Shown: positions 1 through 11,034 of the stretch, piece by piece
Numbering within the stretch: the first letter of the stretch is position 1
Layout: each line of letters opens with the position of its first letter
Notes under the pieces: generated by a model
The model's database searches: none
Seen by the model: the letters and a program-made list of their open reading frames with translations, nothing else
Told to the model about the DNA's origin: nothing
From: Octopus sinensis
Taxonomy: Eukaryota
Assembly: GCF_006345805.1 (NCBI RefSeq)
Contig: NW_021835422.1
Location: 1-53,271, forward strand
Length of the DNA: 53,271 bases
Direction of reading: 5' to 3'
Made by a program: the position numbers and the translations under genes

Positions 1-276
1 TGATATGTCATCAGTTTATTCAGCCTCTTTTGTCTGACTATTTTTGGCTTTTATTTTTGCCACTTTGAAAAATAAACCCCTAAAAGAACATCAGAAAAAC
101 AAACAAATAAAGAACAGAACAAAGCAAAATAAAAAAAAAAGACATTGCTCAGAGATTGTCAACGAATTGCTAATAGATTGCTTACAAGAGCAGAGGTTCT
201 ACCTAATTGCTTGACCTAATAGAAAAAGCAGTCGAATATGTCGTTAGGGCACATTAATTAATCCTTTTTAATGGAA

Positions 277-424
277 GCACAAGGCCGCAAATTTGGGGGA
301 AGGGATTAAATCGATTACATCGACTCAAGTGCATAACTGGTACTTATTTAATCGGCCCCGAAGGGATGAAAGGCAGAGCCGACCCCGGTGGAATTTGAAC
401 TCAGAACAGAGCGACGGGCGAAAT
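277..424 (-). mobile_element. tRNA-derived SINE, local family D (partial)
   Basis: Reverse complement matches the GAGTTCAAATTCC-GAGGTCGACTTTGCCTTTCATCCTTTCGGGG-AAGTACCAG body seen in at least 8 other places in the window. Confidence 0.8.
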
Positions 425-790
425 AGGACACATTAATTAATGCAGGTTTAGACACTTCAACAAAAAGACAAGTTATGGTCATTGCTGGAATTAAGATACA
501 TTAGACAAGGTAGTCTTAGACACTTATAGAAAAAAGAAGCGATGTTCACTGCTGTAAGGGATTAGGACACATTAAACAAAGTAGACCGAGACAGGACGAG
601 AAAAATAAGGGATCCTCTCTATTGGAGTTAGGACACATTAGACAAGGTAGACAGACCAGGATCGCTGTTGGAACTAGGGAAAATAGGACAAGGTAGACGT
701 AGATACTTCTAGGAAAAAATAGAGATGGCCACAATTGGAATTAGGACACGAAGGTAAAAGTATTCTTAGACACCTCTTGAAAATAGACGG
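424..790. repeat. Degenerate tandem repeat built on TTAGGACACATTAGACAAGGTAGAC-like units, about 60-70 bp period
   Basis: Core motif recurs imperfectly 5-6 times. Confidence 0.5.
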
Positions 791-1059
791 GATGGTCATT
801 TCTGGACTACTTTGATCATAAGAGAGAGAGAGAGAGAGAGAGAGAGAAGCAGAGAGCGTTTGTATTGTCAGAGTAGAGATACATCGACAGGAAGAAAAAT
901 ATATAAACAGCTGAACTGAAATGAAATAAGTTTTGTTACTGAAAAATTTAGTGATGATGATGATGGTGGTGGTGTGATGATAGTGAAAAGTCCTTTTTTT
1001 ATTGAACTAAATCTGTTATCCTTCTGTCTGTTTGTTCACACTTTACGCTTTAGTTTGTT

Positions 1060-1476
1060 AGAGAGCAGGATGAGGAAGTGGAGTGAGAGAGCAGGATGAG
1101 GAAGTGGAGTGAGAGAGCAGGAGGAGGAGGTGGAGTGAGAGAGCAGGAGGAGGAGGAGGTGGAATGAGAGAGGAGGAGGTGGAGTGAGAGAGCAGCAGGA
1201 GGAGGTGGAGTGAGAGAGCAGCAGGAGGAGGTGGAGTGAGAGAGCAGCAGGAGGAAGTGGAGTGAAAGAGGAGGAGGGGAAGTGGAGTGAAAGAGGAGGA
1301 GGAGGTGGAATGAGAGAGCAGGAGGAGGCGGTGGAGTGAAAGAGCAGGAGGAGGTGGAGTGAGAGAGCAGGAGGAGGTGGAGTGAGAGAGTAGGAGGAGG
1401 AGGTGGAGTGAGAGAGCAGGAGGAGGAAGTGTAGTGAGAGAGCAGAAGAACGCATGGAAGAGTGAATGAGAGAGCA
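1060..1476. repeat. GA-rich minisatellite, unit about GGTGGAGTGAGAGAGCAGGAGGAGGA (24-30 bp)
   Basis: Directly visible tandem units. Confidence 0.9.
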
Positions 1477-1864
1477 GATGGCCAGCCGATGCATTATGCT
1501 GTCTCTCATGTGGTTAGTGGAAGTGAGAGATGACGAGAAAGACAGAATTGTCAGAGATATGAAGAGAGGTATTACATGGTTAAAAAGTTTGTTGAAGAAG
1601 TAGAGAGAAAGAGAGAAATACGAATAGCTTAGCAGAAGGAAATTTTAAAATCATAATATATTACTGTGATTGGAATTGAAATAAATAAAATAAAAATAGA
1701 AAAATGCAAATCCTCCCGTGTCTCAATTTTTATCATTCTGTGGAATTTCCACGGGTCCCACTAGTAAAAATTGCTATTGTGACATGTTGCCTACTGCTAT
1801 TTCTTTGGTAGAATTTGTGGAATGCTAAAGGAATAAGGGAGAAATTTAAATATTTATGAGGTTT

Positions 1865-2030
1865 GTGAAGGCGACGAGATGACAGAATCGTTACCACGCC
1901 GGAAAAAAAAATGCTTAGCGGCTTTTCTTCCGATTATATTTTTTGAGTTCAAATGCCGCCGGGGTTGACTTTGCATTTTATCCTTTTGGGGTCGATAAAG
2001 TAAGAACGAATTGATAAAATAAGTACCAGT
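1865..2030 (+). mobile_element. SINE family D
   Basis: GAAGGCGACGAGATGACAGAATCGTTA head, B-box-like GAGTTCAAATGCC, shared body. Confidence 0.75.
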
Positions 2031-2310
2031 ATTTATGCATGACGGACTTCCACGGTGCTAGAGTATCGCCTTGAAGAGTCCTAGTCGAATAAATCGGCCA
2101 CAGTACTTATGTTATCAGATTGGTATTTATTTTATCGCTTCTTTTGCCGAACCGCTAAGTTACGGAGATGGAAACAAATGAACAACAGTTATCAAGCGGT
2201 GTGGGAGTACATAGGGTTTACATACACAAACACACTGACACACACACATATAGGCGCAGCGTAGCTGTGTTGTAAGACGATTGCTTCACATATATATACA
2301 TACATATATG

Positions 2311-2350
<40 letters not shown>

Positions 2351-2354
2351 TGTT

Positions 2355-2966
2355 ATATTGTTATATTCGGAATGATCATATTGCCAGTTTAGCCAATAAA
2401 AACACACGCACTATATATTTGGTGTTATTTTGCTTCAGTGTAATTTATTTTTTACATTAATCTTAATCTTATTTCAGCCAGAGTTCTTTCAATTTATTAT
2501 TATTATTACTAGTATTGTTGTTATACATACATACATACATACATACATAATGATAATAATAAGTGGATGTAAACACATGAACAAAATAAGAATAAAAAAA
2601 CAACAAAAACAAAATACAAATTACATGAATATATATAAACAGAAGATAACAAATATTACAGGCATCCCCCCACATACACACACTAAATAAACATAGACGT
2701 ACATAGAGATATACGCATGCGCAAATGAAGACATACAATAGAAATGCAAAATGGCTGACGGTTAGTAAGGAGAGACACAAATAAGAAAAAAGAAAACAAA
2801 GGACCACTGATGCGGTCACAGGAGTGTGACGAAAGAACTCTGGCCGAAATAAGATTAAGGTTAATGTAAAAAATAAATAACACTGAAGCAAAATACCACC
2901 AAATATATAGTGCGTGTGTTTTTATTGGCTAAACTGGCAATATGACCATTCCGAATATAACAATAT
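2355..2966 (+). mobile_element. Probable non-autonomous Penelope-like element remnant: HHR plus downstream terminal sequence, with an inverted copy upstream
   Basis: 136-bp inverted repeats 2355-2490 / 2831-2966 (5 mismatches); right arm starts at the GAAA of a hammerhead motif; PLE assignment is inference. Confidence 0.55.
2801..2845 (+). ncRNA. Type I hammerhead ribozyme motif with one core substitution (A9 to C)
   Basis: Stem I GACCA/TGGCC (1 mismatch), CTGATGC, extra G, stem II GTCAC/GTGAC, GAAA, near-palindromic stem III AGAACT, CUC triplet. Confidence 0.55.
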
Positions 2967-3083
2967 CTGTTTCAACACACGACTTCACATAAAAAATCTT
3001 GCCACAACAAATATTTAAACGTATATATTATATATATTATATATATATATACATATATGTAACATATATATATATATATATAA

Positions 3084-3895
3084 TGTATATATTGGCAGGG
3101 CTTACTGCTAGGGAGTCGGCCGTAGTGCTAGAAATAGACCATCAACGGTCAACTACAAGGAAATTCTCTAGAGGGAAAATACAGCGAACACCAGAACCAA
3201 CTTTGGCGGGCATGACAGATGAAAATTTATATAAAAACAGAATTAAATGCATACTCGGTTTCAGCAGCCTTAACAAGAGAATTACTAATGCAATCCAAAT
3301 GTCCGTGCTTCTTCATGCATCCGTTCATAGTAATGTAAGCGGAAAGCTAACCCCCCTTTCGTGCCAGTACAGACACTGTGTAGCGTACACCGATTACACT
3401 AGTGATAAAGTTCAAATGTCCTTGATTCTGGCGCGCTAATAATTTCTGAGGCGAAGGGCTGCAGTAAATAATCACTGCGGTTCGTACTTAGTACTAGAGA
3501 ACGTATTTATTTCAATATTTAAATAATGAGGGAGATAAATTAATATTAATTTTAATATCAATTTAAAACCAGTAGTCCAGCATACAAAAATCTGAGGAGT
3601 CAGAGAAAATTCTAATATATGTGTATATTGGCAGGGCTTACTGCTAGGGAGTCGGCCGTATGCTAGAAATAGACCATCAACGGTCAAACTACAAGGAAAT
3701 TCTCTTCCCTCTAGAGAATTTCCTTGTAGTTTGACCGTTGATGGTCTATTTCTAGCATACGGCCGACTCCCTAGCAGTAAGCCCTGCCAATATATACACA
3801 TATATTAGAATTTTCTCTGACTCCTCAGATTTTTGTATGCTGGACTACTGGTTTTAATTGATATTAAAATTATATAATTTATCTCCCCCTCATTT
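3084..3895. repeat. Fold-back palindrome (arms 3524-3705 / 3713-3895) plus a direct copy of part of the arm at 3084-3178
   Basis: Inner ~140 bp of the arms differ only by a TA indel; 7-nt loop. Confidence 0.9.
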
Positions 3896-3900
3896 TAATA

Positions 3901-4578
3901 TATTATATATATATATAATATATGTAAATATCATATATACATATATATATATACATATATATACATATATATACATATATATAATATATAATAAATATAT
4001 CATACATATAAATATATATATATACCATACATATATATAAATATATATATATACATATATGTAACTATATATACATACATATATATAAATATATACATCC
4101 ATATATGAAATATATATATATACATATATGTAAATATATATATATACAATATAATATATATATAATACATATATGTAAATATATATATACATACATATAT
4201 ATAAATATATATATATACTATATATATACATACTATATATAAATATAGATATATACTATATGTAAATAATATATATATATATATATATACATACATTATA
4301 TAAATATATTCATATATGTAAATATATATATATATATATATATATAACATACATATATGTAAATATATAATATTATATATACATACATATATGTAAATAT
4401 ATAATATATATATATACATACATATATGTACATATATAATATATATATATACATACATATATGTAAATATATAATATATATATATACATACATATATGTA
4501 AATATATAATATATATATATACATACATATATGTAAATATATATATATATATATATGTAAATATATATATATATATAT
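3901..4578. repeat. Compound (TA)n/(TACA) microsatellite with a higher-order ~35 bp unit
   Basis: Directly visible. Confidence 0.9.
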
Positions 4579-4680
4579 ATGATGCCAGCGGGGTGGCATC
4601 ATTTGAAGGCTAAAACAATGCGAAGCGCATTGTGACCAGCGATGTGTAGCAGCATCTGACAGCCTGGTCGGTCACGGTGA
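4579..4680. other. GC-rich multi-hairpin cassette embedded in (TA)n
   Basis: Stems ATGATGCCA/TGGCATCAT, AATGCG/CGCATT, GACCAG/CTGGTC (alternative GTGACC/GGTCAC). Confidence 0.5.
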
Positions 4681-4837
4681 TATATAGATATATATATATA
4701 CGATGAGCTTCTCCACGGTTTCAGTTTATCAAATTCAATCACTAAGCACTGATCAGCCCAGCGCACTGAAACTGCTGTGGAATCGGAATGAACCCAAATA
4801 GTTGCTAATCGAGGGTCTTAATCACACAACGATGCAG

Positions 4838-4894
<57 letters not shown>

Positions 4895-5045
4895 AAACTG
4901 TAACTAGTTCGGTGGACGAAATGTTATTTATGTAGATGTTAATTAAGTTGTGTTGAACCATATTTGTATATAGGGTTTGTCTGGAAGAAAGAGCTAAGCT
5001 AATTAGTTCGCCATTATGTGTTTTTGAAAGACGAAACTAATTTGT

Positions 5046-5315
5046 TCACGATGCCAGAAAATACATTTCATTGAAGAAAACCTCTTTATTTTCTAACAAT
5101 GGAGAATATACATTTTTTAACCGATAAAAATGCTTTGTTCTGGAGAAGCAAAAATGCTGAGTAAACTTAGAGTAGGTAGCGCAAGTGTGTTCGAGGTTAA
5201 GTGTGAGTGTTTCAGAGGTTAAGCGTGAGTTTGTTTTGTTTTTGAGGTTGTTACACTTGAGACACGCGAGGTCAGAAAGATATACAATACTGTTTCTTAA
5301 TAATAACTTATTTAT
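5046..5315 (-). pseudogene. Possible highly decayed GIY-YIG (PLE-type) endonuclease fragment
   Basis: 89 stop-free codons: NSIVYL..ACLKCNN...EH..SKFTQHF...LLENKEVFF resembles the IYxIxCxxC..H..H..E layout of PLE endonucleases, but the YIG motif is not preserved. Confidence 0.3.
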
Positions 5316-5407
5316 TTATTCTTAGTAACTTCTGGCAGATTCGAACGTGGATAGTTGAACACTGTTGTTTTTTTGCTTAGCCTGGAGAATGCTTCCTCCC
5401 TTTAGGC

Positions 5408-6084
5408 CAATGGTTCTCAACTGGGGTCCATGTGATTCCTGGAAGTCAATGGAAATGTTTTGTGGGTGGGGTGCATGAAATTTAAAAAAATACTAAACTG
5501 GGAAACCGTATTAGTATTTTAAGGGTCCAAGAAATAGGTTTCTGGCCACTGAAATATGTTCTCTGAGAGAGTGGGGGGAGAGGGATAGAGAGAGGGGGGG
5601 GAGAGAGGGGGAGAGAGAGGGGGAGAGAGAGGGGAGAGAGGGAGGAGGGAGAGAGAGAGAGAGAGAGTGCTGTTGCACACCAACGCAAGTGAATGTGTAA
5701 AAGACAAAACAGGTATTTTGAAAGAAATGTCTACAAAACTAATTATCAAACACCGAATGGTTACATGGATTCACACGCATAAAATAATAATCAAAGGGAT
5801 CCGTAAAAGAACGATAAAGTTACCTTCTCGACTTATGCTGACTCATAAGGGACGGTTTCCCGGTTTTAATGGCGTATATATTCCCCACATCATCAGGTTA
5901 CTCATTTTTGCCAGATGAGTGGACTGAGCAACGTGAAACGAAGTGCTTTGGTCAAGAACACAACACGTTGCTTGGTCCAGGAATCGAAACCACAATCTCA
6001 CGGTCATGAGTCCAACACTCCTAACCACTAAGTCATGCTCATCGACAAAGAGGTCCGTAGGTAAAAAATGGTTAAGAACCACAG
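5408..6084. mobile_element. hAT-type MITE with internal GA tract and SINE
   Basis: TIR-like CAATGGTTCTCAAC / GGTTAAGAACCACAG; 8-bp flanks CTTTAGGC / TTTTATGC (6/8 match). Confidence 0.5.
5842..6040 (-). mobile_element. SINE, head B plus tail X
   Basis: A/B boxes on the minus strand; body and tail match 26603-26850. Confidence 0.75.
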
Positions 6085-6118
6085 TTTTATGCAATGAGTG
6101 TTCATAATACATAATACA

Positions 6119-6659
6119 CGTGATTCACCGGTTCACTGGTGTAAGGGGACTTCGATTCATCACGATGTTTGAGCCCCGTTGTGTGTCTCCTCAGAGTTAA
6201 ATGCTATGCCAGGCCGATGAATCTCGTACTTTAGGAGAAATGTATTCTATAGATTTGAGTCAGCCAATTACCTTGTGAGTGAAACTGAAACTATATAGAA
6301 ACCTGTCGAGTGAATCTGTACTTGAAATTCAAAAGGTACAACCTTGTTACACACTGTCATGATGATTCTACCTGAGACTTACGTTAAGTGTACACCTGTC
6401 TCTTGGTTACCTAGCCGCTCTCACCTTAGTCTAGGTACCAATTATTCAGTTGACTGAACAAATGAATTATTATTTGTTTTGCAGACATCAGGAGGCATCA
6501 ACAAAAGTCCCTTTGCTGATTCCTGCGAACAATAGTCCGTGCTTGTGTGAGATTCGTTGGAGCGGCAGCGGAGTAGCTTTGACTGAAGAGACAAACAATG
6601 AGGCCGAAACACCCGCGACACCACAAAGTCCCCTTACACCGGTACAACGGTGAATCACG
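6119..6659. repeat. Diverged inverted repeat pair (6119-6228 / 6546-6659)
   Basis: Outer 34 bp 30/34 identical; weaker similarity extends to about 110 bp. Confidence 0.7.
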
Positions 6660-7121
6660 CCTGTTGTGAAAATATCACGAAAATATAACACACGATGGGA
6701 GGAGACATTCTCCGTTAGCAAATTCGGCCAGAACGTATTAAAAACGAATTGATGCATTATTGTTTGGGCTCACGCTGTTCTGTGAGCATTTTATGAATTA
6801 ATAACTGGTTCTTTTTCTTCTCTATTTATTTCCCGTCACTTTGTATGCTCACCATTCTGATTTTTTCCCCTAACATTATTAGAAAAAAAAATGAATCTTG
6901 CACATAACACAGTTTGTAGCATTAACAACCTTATATCAATTTAATATTGACAACCTTAAAATCAATATTAACGGAAAATAAATCTATAAAAACGCAAATA
7001 TCGAAAAGTCATTTTCCAAGCAAGCAACAATTTCCCCAATTAGACTCCGCAAGTATTTACCCCAAATTAAGAATTACAGATTCAGGGTGATGTAGTTTAA
7101 AGCAGTGTGTATTGTTTAGGG

Positions 7122-8028
7122 TAGTGCTTCTCAACCGGGGTCCATACAACCTGGGGGGTGGGGCGGGCATATAAGATTCTGCTGCTAAAATCTATGTGCA
7201 ATGAATTGATTATTCTTCCACAATACACAAAATATTTAAAATTTTTATGTAATTCATAATAATAATTATTATTTTTTTATTTTTGCCACAAGGGCAGCTT
7301 GGGGTAGGTAGGGGATGAATCGATTATATCGACCCCAGTATTCAAATGGTACTTATTTAATCGACCCCGAAAGGATGAAAGGCAAAGTCAATCTCGGCGT
7401 TATTCGAACTCACAACGTAGCGGCAGACGAAATACATATTTCTTTACTACCCACAAGGGGCTACACACAGAGAGGACAAACAAGGACAGACAAACGGATT
7501 AAGTCGATTATATCGACACAAGTGCGTAACTGGTACTTATTTAATCGACCCCGAAAGGATGAAAGGCAAAGTCAACCTCGGCGGAATTTGAACTCAGAAC
7601 GTAGCAGCAGACGAAACACCACCAAGTTTTTCGCCCGGTGTGCTAACGATTCAGCCAGCTCGCTACCTTATACATAATATTTAGTTATCCTTTCTGCTAT
7701 AGGCACACGGCCTGGATTTTGTGGGCAGGGAAACAGTCGATTACACCGACCCCAGTACTCAACTGGTACTTATTTAATCGGCCCTGAAAGGATGAAAGGC
7801 AAAGTCAACCTCGGTGGAATTTGAACTCAGAATGTAGCGGCAGACGAAATAACGCTAAACATTTCGCCCGGCGTGCTAACTTTTGCTGCCAGCTCGCCGC
7901 CTTAATAATGATATTTAATTATAAAAACACAATAGGATTTTTTAGACGTCAAATGGTTACGAGGGTCCAGTGAAATAAAATGGGAATCTAAAGTGTCTAA
8001 AGAGGTCAAAAATGGTTCAGAATCACTG
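7122..8028. mobile_element. hAT-type MITE (same family as 5408) interrupted by three SINE D copies
   Basis: TIRs TAGTGCTTCTCAACC / GGTTCAGAATCACTG; 8-bp flanks GTTTAGGG / CTTTAGGT (6/8). Confidence 0.55.
7285..7903 (-). mobile_element. Three head-to-tail SINE D copies (about 7285-7437, 7450-7675, 7700-7903)
   Basis: GGTACTTATTTAATCG-CCCCGAAAGGATGAAAGGCAAAGTCAA repeated three times. Confidence 0.85.
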
Positions 8029-9296
8029 CTTTAGGTCATAGAAACCTTTTGAGAGACAAACGAACTCAAGAAATATCTACATTTTAGTAATTTAGTTTTG
8101 AAATTGACGCAGTAATAAATTTCAGTTTATCAACCGTACTTTTGCATAAAAATTTTTTTGAAAATTGCGAAAATCCTTCATCTTTGGAATTTACCATTAT
8201 AGAACATATCACTTCAATCGGTACCATGCATCGTCTTTTCTCTCTCTCTTCGTGTTGCTTTTTTTACAGTTTTTGAAAATCTAAACATCATCGGCGATAT
8301 TAACGCTATTTACAATAGAACTATTAGTTCTTAGTGAGCAAACATTCCACAAGAAACTTGGCTATATGTCAGCAGATAAAACTTTTATTGTATTCTTTGG
8401 AAGCATCTTTCTGTCAGTCGTACAGGGAATTTATTTTCCATTTTTCAACTTAAAACGGTTCTTCTGAGAATATTCTTTGTCTTGAAATTTCTTTGAAGAC
8501 ACTTTCATTTATATAAATCATCCTATGTGTTGAATAATTTGAAGATATTTCTTCTAAAGTCATTAATATTAGAAAAATATCTTGTAGTCTTAGTAAACTT
8601 CACTTAAAGTTAATATAATTTGCAAGTTTTTATTTTCCATTTGCGGAAAGAAGTCAATGAAGCCATGAAAAACAGTTGACCATTCTCTGAAGAATAAGCT
8701 ATGATTTAATAGATGCTGTTTGTCTTTGATTAGAGAAATGAAACAAAACGAAATAACATTGGGTTACACTTCACGTTAAAAACATTTAGCTGCGTTGTCT
8801 CTTATGATATTTAACATGACTACCATTTCGATTTTTCATAAATTTTGCCCTATTTTTTGCAGGGAAGTACTATTAAAAATAATCTCTTACATCATTTGAT
8901 CAAAAATTTTATCCATAATTATACAGTCGAGCGTTCGCAGCATGCAGACGATAATAAAATCTTGAGAAATAGTTTGAAAAGAAAAGCAAAAAAGATACAA
9001 ATGACAGGTAAAGACTTTAGTTACAAGAATTTAGTTGCTGTCAAGTTTTCGTCTCCTTCCTTATAAGGACAATCAATAACTGGTCTCAGTCATTGAACTG
9101 CGGCCATGCTGTGGTACCACCTTCAAGGACACTTTTAATCCATCATATGGACCCTAGTATTTTATCGAACAAAATGTATCGAGTAGCTAAGTTATCTTGT
9201 GACATAAAGAGACGTAACTTGACACACCGTCTCACAATCACACACCACACACACACACACACACGCATGCACACACACACATGTATGTATGACGAT

Positions 9297-9460
9297 AGAC
9301 GCAGCACGGCCAGATGGTTAAGAAATTCGTTTCGTAACCACGAAATTACAGGTTCGATTTCACTGCAAGGCATTTGGGGCAAATATATATTCTATAGGTT
9401 CGGGTCGACCGACACCTTGTGAATGAAACTGGGTAAATAGAAACTGTAAAGAAGCCCGTC
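9297..9460 (+). mobile_element. SINE family C, diverged head/body
   Basis: A-box GGCCAGATGG, B-box GGTTCGATTTC, ends in AAAGAAGCCCGTC like other C copies. Confidence 0.6.
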
Positions 9461-9644
9461 AGGTGGATTGTACATGCAATTCATAAGGTGCTGCCTCGTC
9501 AAACCTTGTGTCATACTGATTTTGCCTTGGAATTACATTAAGGGGACATTAAGTTGCTCTCGAACAACTGAATTTCATCGGTCGAGCGACGGAGACTCAC
9601 CATCACCTCCACCATCACCATAACTATCATCATCAACAACGACA

Positions 9645-9675
<31 letters not shown>

Positions 9676-9780
9676 CAACGACAACAACAACAACAACAAC
9701 AACAAATAATATGAGAGGATTTTGCACAGTTTCCGAATTGGTTAATCCAAAGCTGTAATAGACGAAACTTGCCGAAATCT

Positions 9781-10245
9781 AATATCCAGTATCTTCCACA
9801 AGCTGATCGCTTTATGCTCTTCTTGGTCCTACCTATTTCTGTATGTTCATGTGTCGGCTTCCAACGAAGGAAATCCTTGGATATTTCATCCTTGCCTCTC
9901 CATCAGTGTTCTGCATAACGTATTCATTCTCTGATGATCGAGTTGATGGTAGGAAGACTGAAAACTGCCATACAGTCGCTGCTTTGTGGGGTGTTGCTAC
10001 CGAGAAAGATTGAGAACTGCACCAAGAATTCTCAACCTTCTTTTCAAACCTCTTGTTCAGCTGTAGGGAAGAACTGACTCAACGAATGCTTTGAAGAAAC
10101 TTCTCTTTACGTTATCAGAAAGAGAGGACTTCCATATAATTCTGAGTCTGTTAGGGGCATTCCATGCTTTTTCAATCCTTACCTGAGAATCCTTTTTTAA
10201 TGAAGAAATGTTAATCTACAGGTAGGTAAGTATCAACAAACATTT
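9781..10245 (-). mobile_element. Decayed RTE-clade LINE, C-terminal part of the reverse transcriptase ORF
   Basis: Broken translation VRIEKAWNAPNRLRIIWKSSLSDNVKRSFFKAFVESVL...QHPTKQRLYG...WKPTH...DQLVEDTG typical of RTE ORF ends. Confidence 0.8.
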
Positions 10246-10277
10246 TCGGATTAGTGCCAATCACAGTGCAGATAAAC

Positions 10278-11016
10278 TGGCACACCGTCGGTTACGACGA
10301 CGAGTGTTCCGGTTGATCCGACCAACGGAACAACCTGCAAGTGAAATTAACATGCAAGTGGCTGAGTACTCCATAGATATGCGTACTCTTTACGTAGTTC
10401 TCAAGGAGATTCAGCTTGACACAGAATGTGACAAAGCTGAACCCTTTGAATTACAGGTACAATAAATTTTTGCCAGCTTACTCTCTTTCTCTTTTACTCT
10501 TTTACTTGTTTCAGTCATTTAACTGTGGCCATGCTGGAGCACCGCCTTTTAGTCGAGCAAATGGACCCCAGGACTTATTCTTTGTAAGCCTAGTACTTAT
10601 TCTATCGGTCTCTTTTATGCTGAACCGCTAAGTTACGGGGACGTAAACATACCAGCATCGGTTGTCAAGCGATGTTGGGGAAACAAACACAGACGCACAA
10701 ACATATACACATATACATATATATGTACATATATACGACGGGCTTCTTTCAGTTTCCGCCTACCAAATCCACTCACAAGGCTTGGTCGGACCGAGGCTAT
10801 AGTAGAAGACACTTGCGCAAGGTGTCACGCAGTGGGACTGAACCCGGAACCATATGGTTGGTAAGCAAGCTACTTACCACACAGCCACTCCTACGCTTAG
10901 TGGACAGGAGCAACGTGAAATAAAGTGTCTGGCTCGAGGGCACAACGCACCACCGTGTATCGAACTCAAGGCCTGATGGTCGTGAGCTGCATACCTTAAC
11001 AACTAAGTCACGCGCT
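10278..11016 (-). mobile_element. SINE head B plus tail Y, split by a SINE C insertion
   Basis: Tail 10278-10480 and head 10898-11016 join into the element seen intact at 19632-19962. Confidence 0.75.
10481..10897 (-). mobile_element. SINE family C, near full length
   Basis: High similarity to 45871-46263 and 50084-50447; tRNA-like head; ACCTTGGGCAAGTGTCTT-like CORE-type segment. Confidence 0.9.
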
Positions 11017-11034
11017 ATCACACACAGATATCAC

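Noticed and set aside
1036-1509. 157-aa Leu/Ser/Pro-rich ORF
   Set aside because: Reads through the GA-rich minisatellite
2999-3439. 146-aa ORF
   Set aside because: Starts at TTG, crosses a (TA)n tract, no recognisable motif
7315-7677. 120-aa ORF with an internal repeat
   Set aside because: Antisense read-through of tandem SINE D copies
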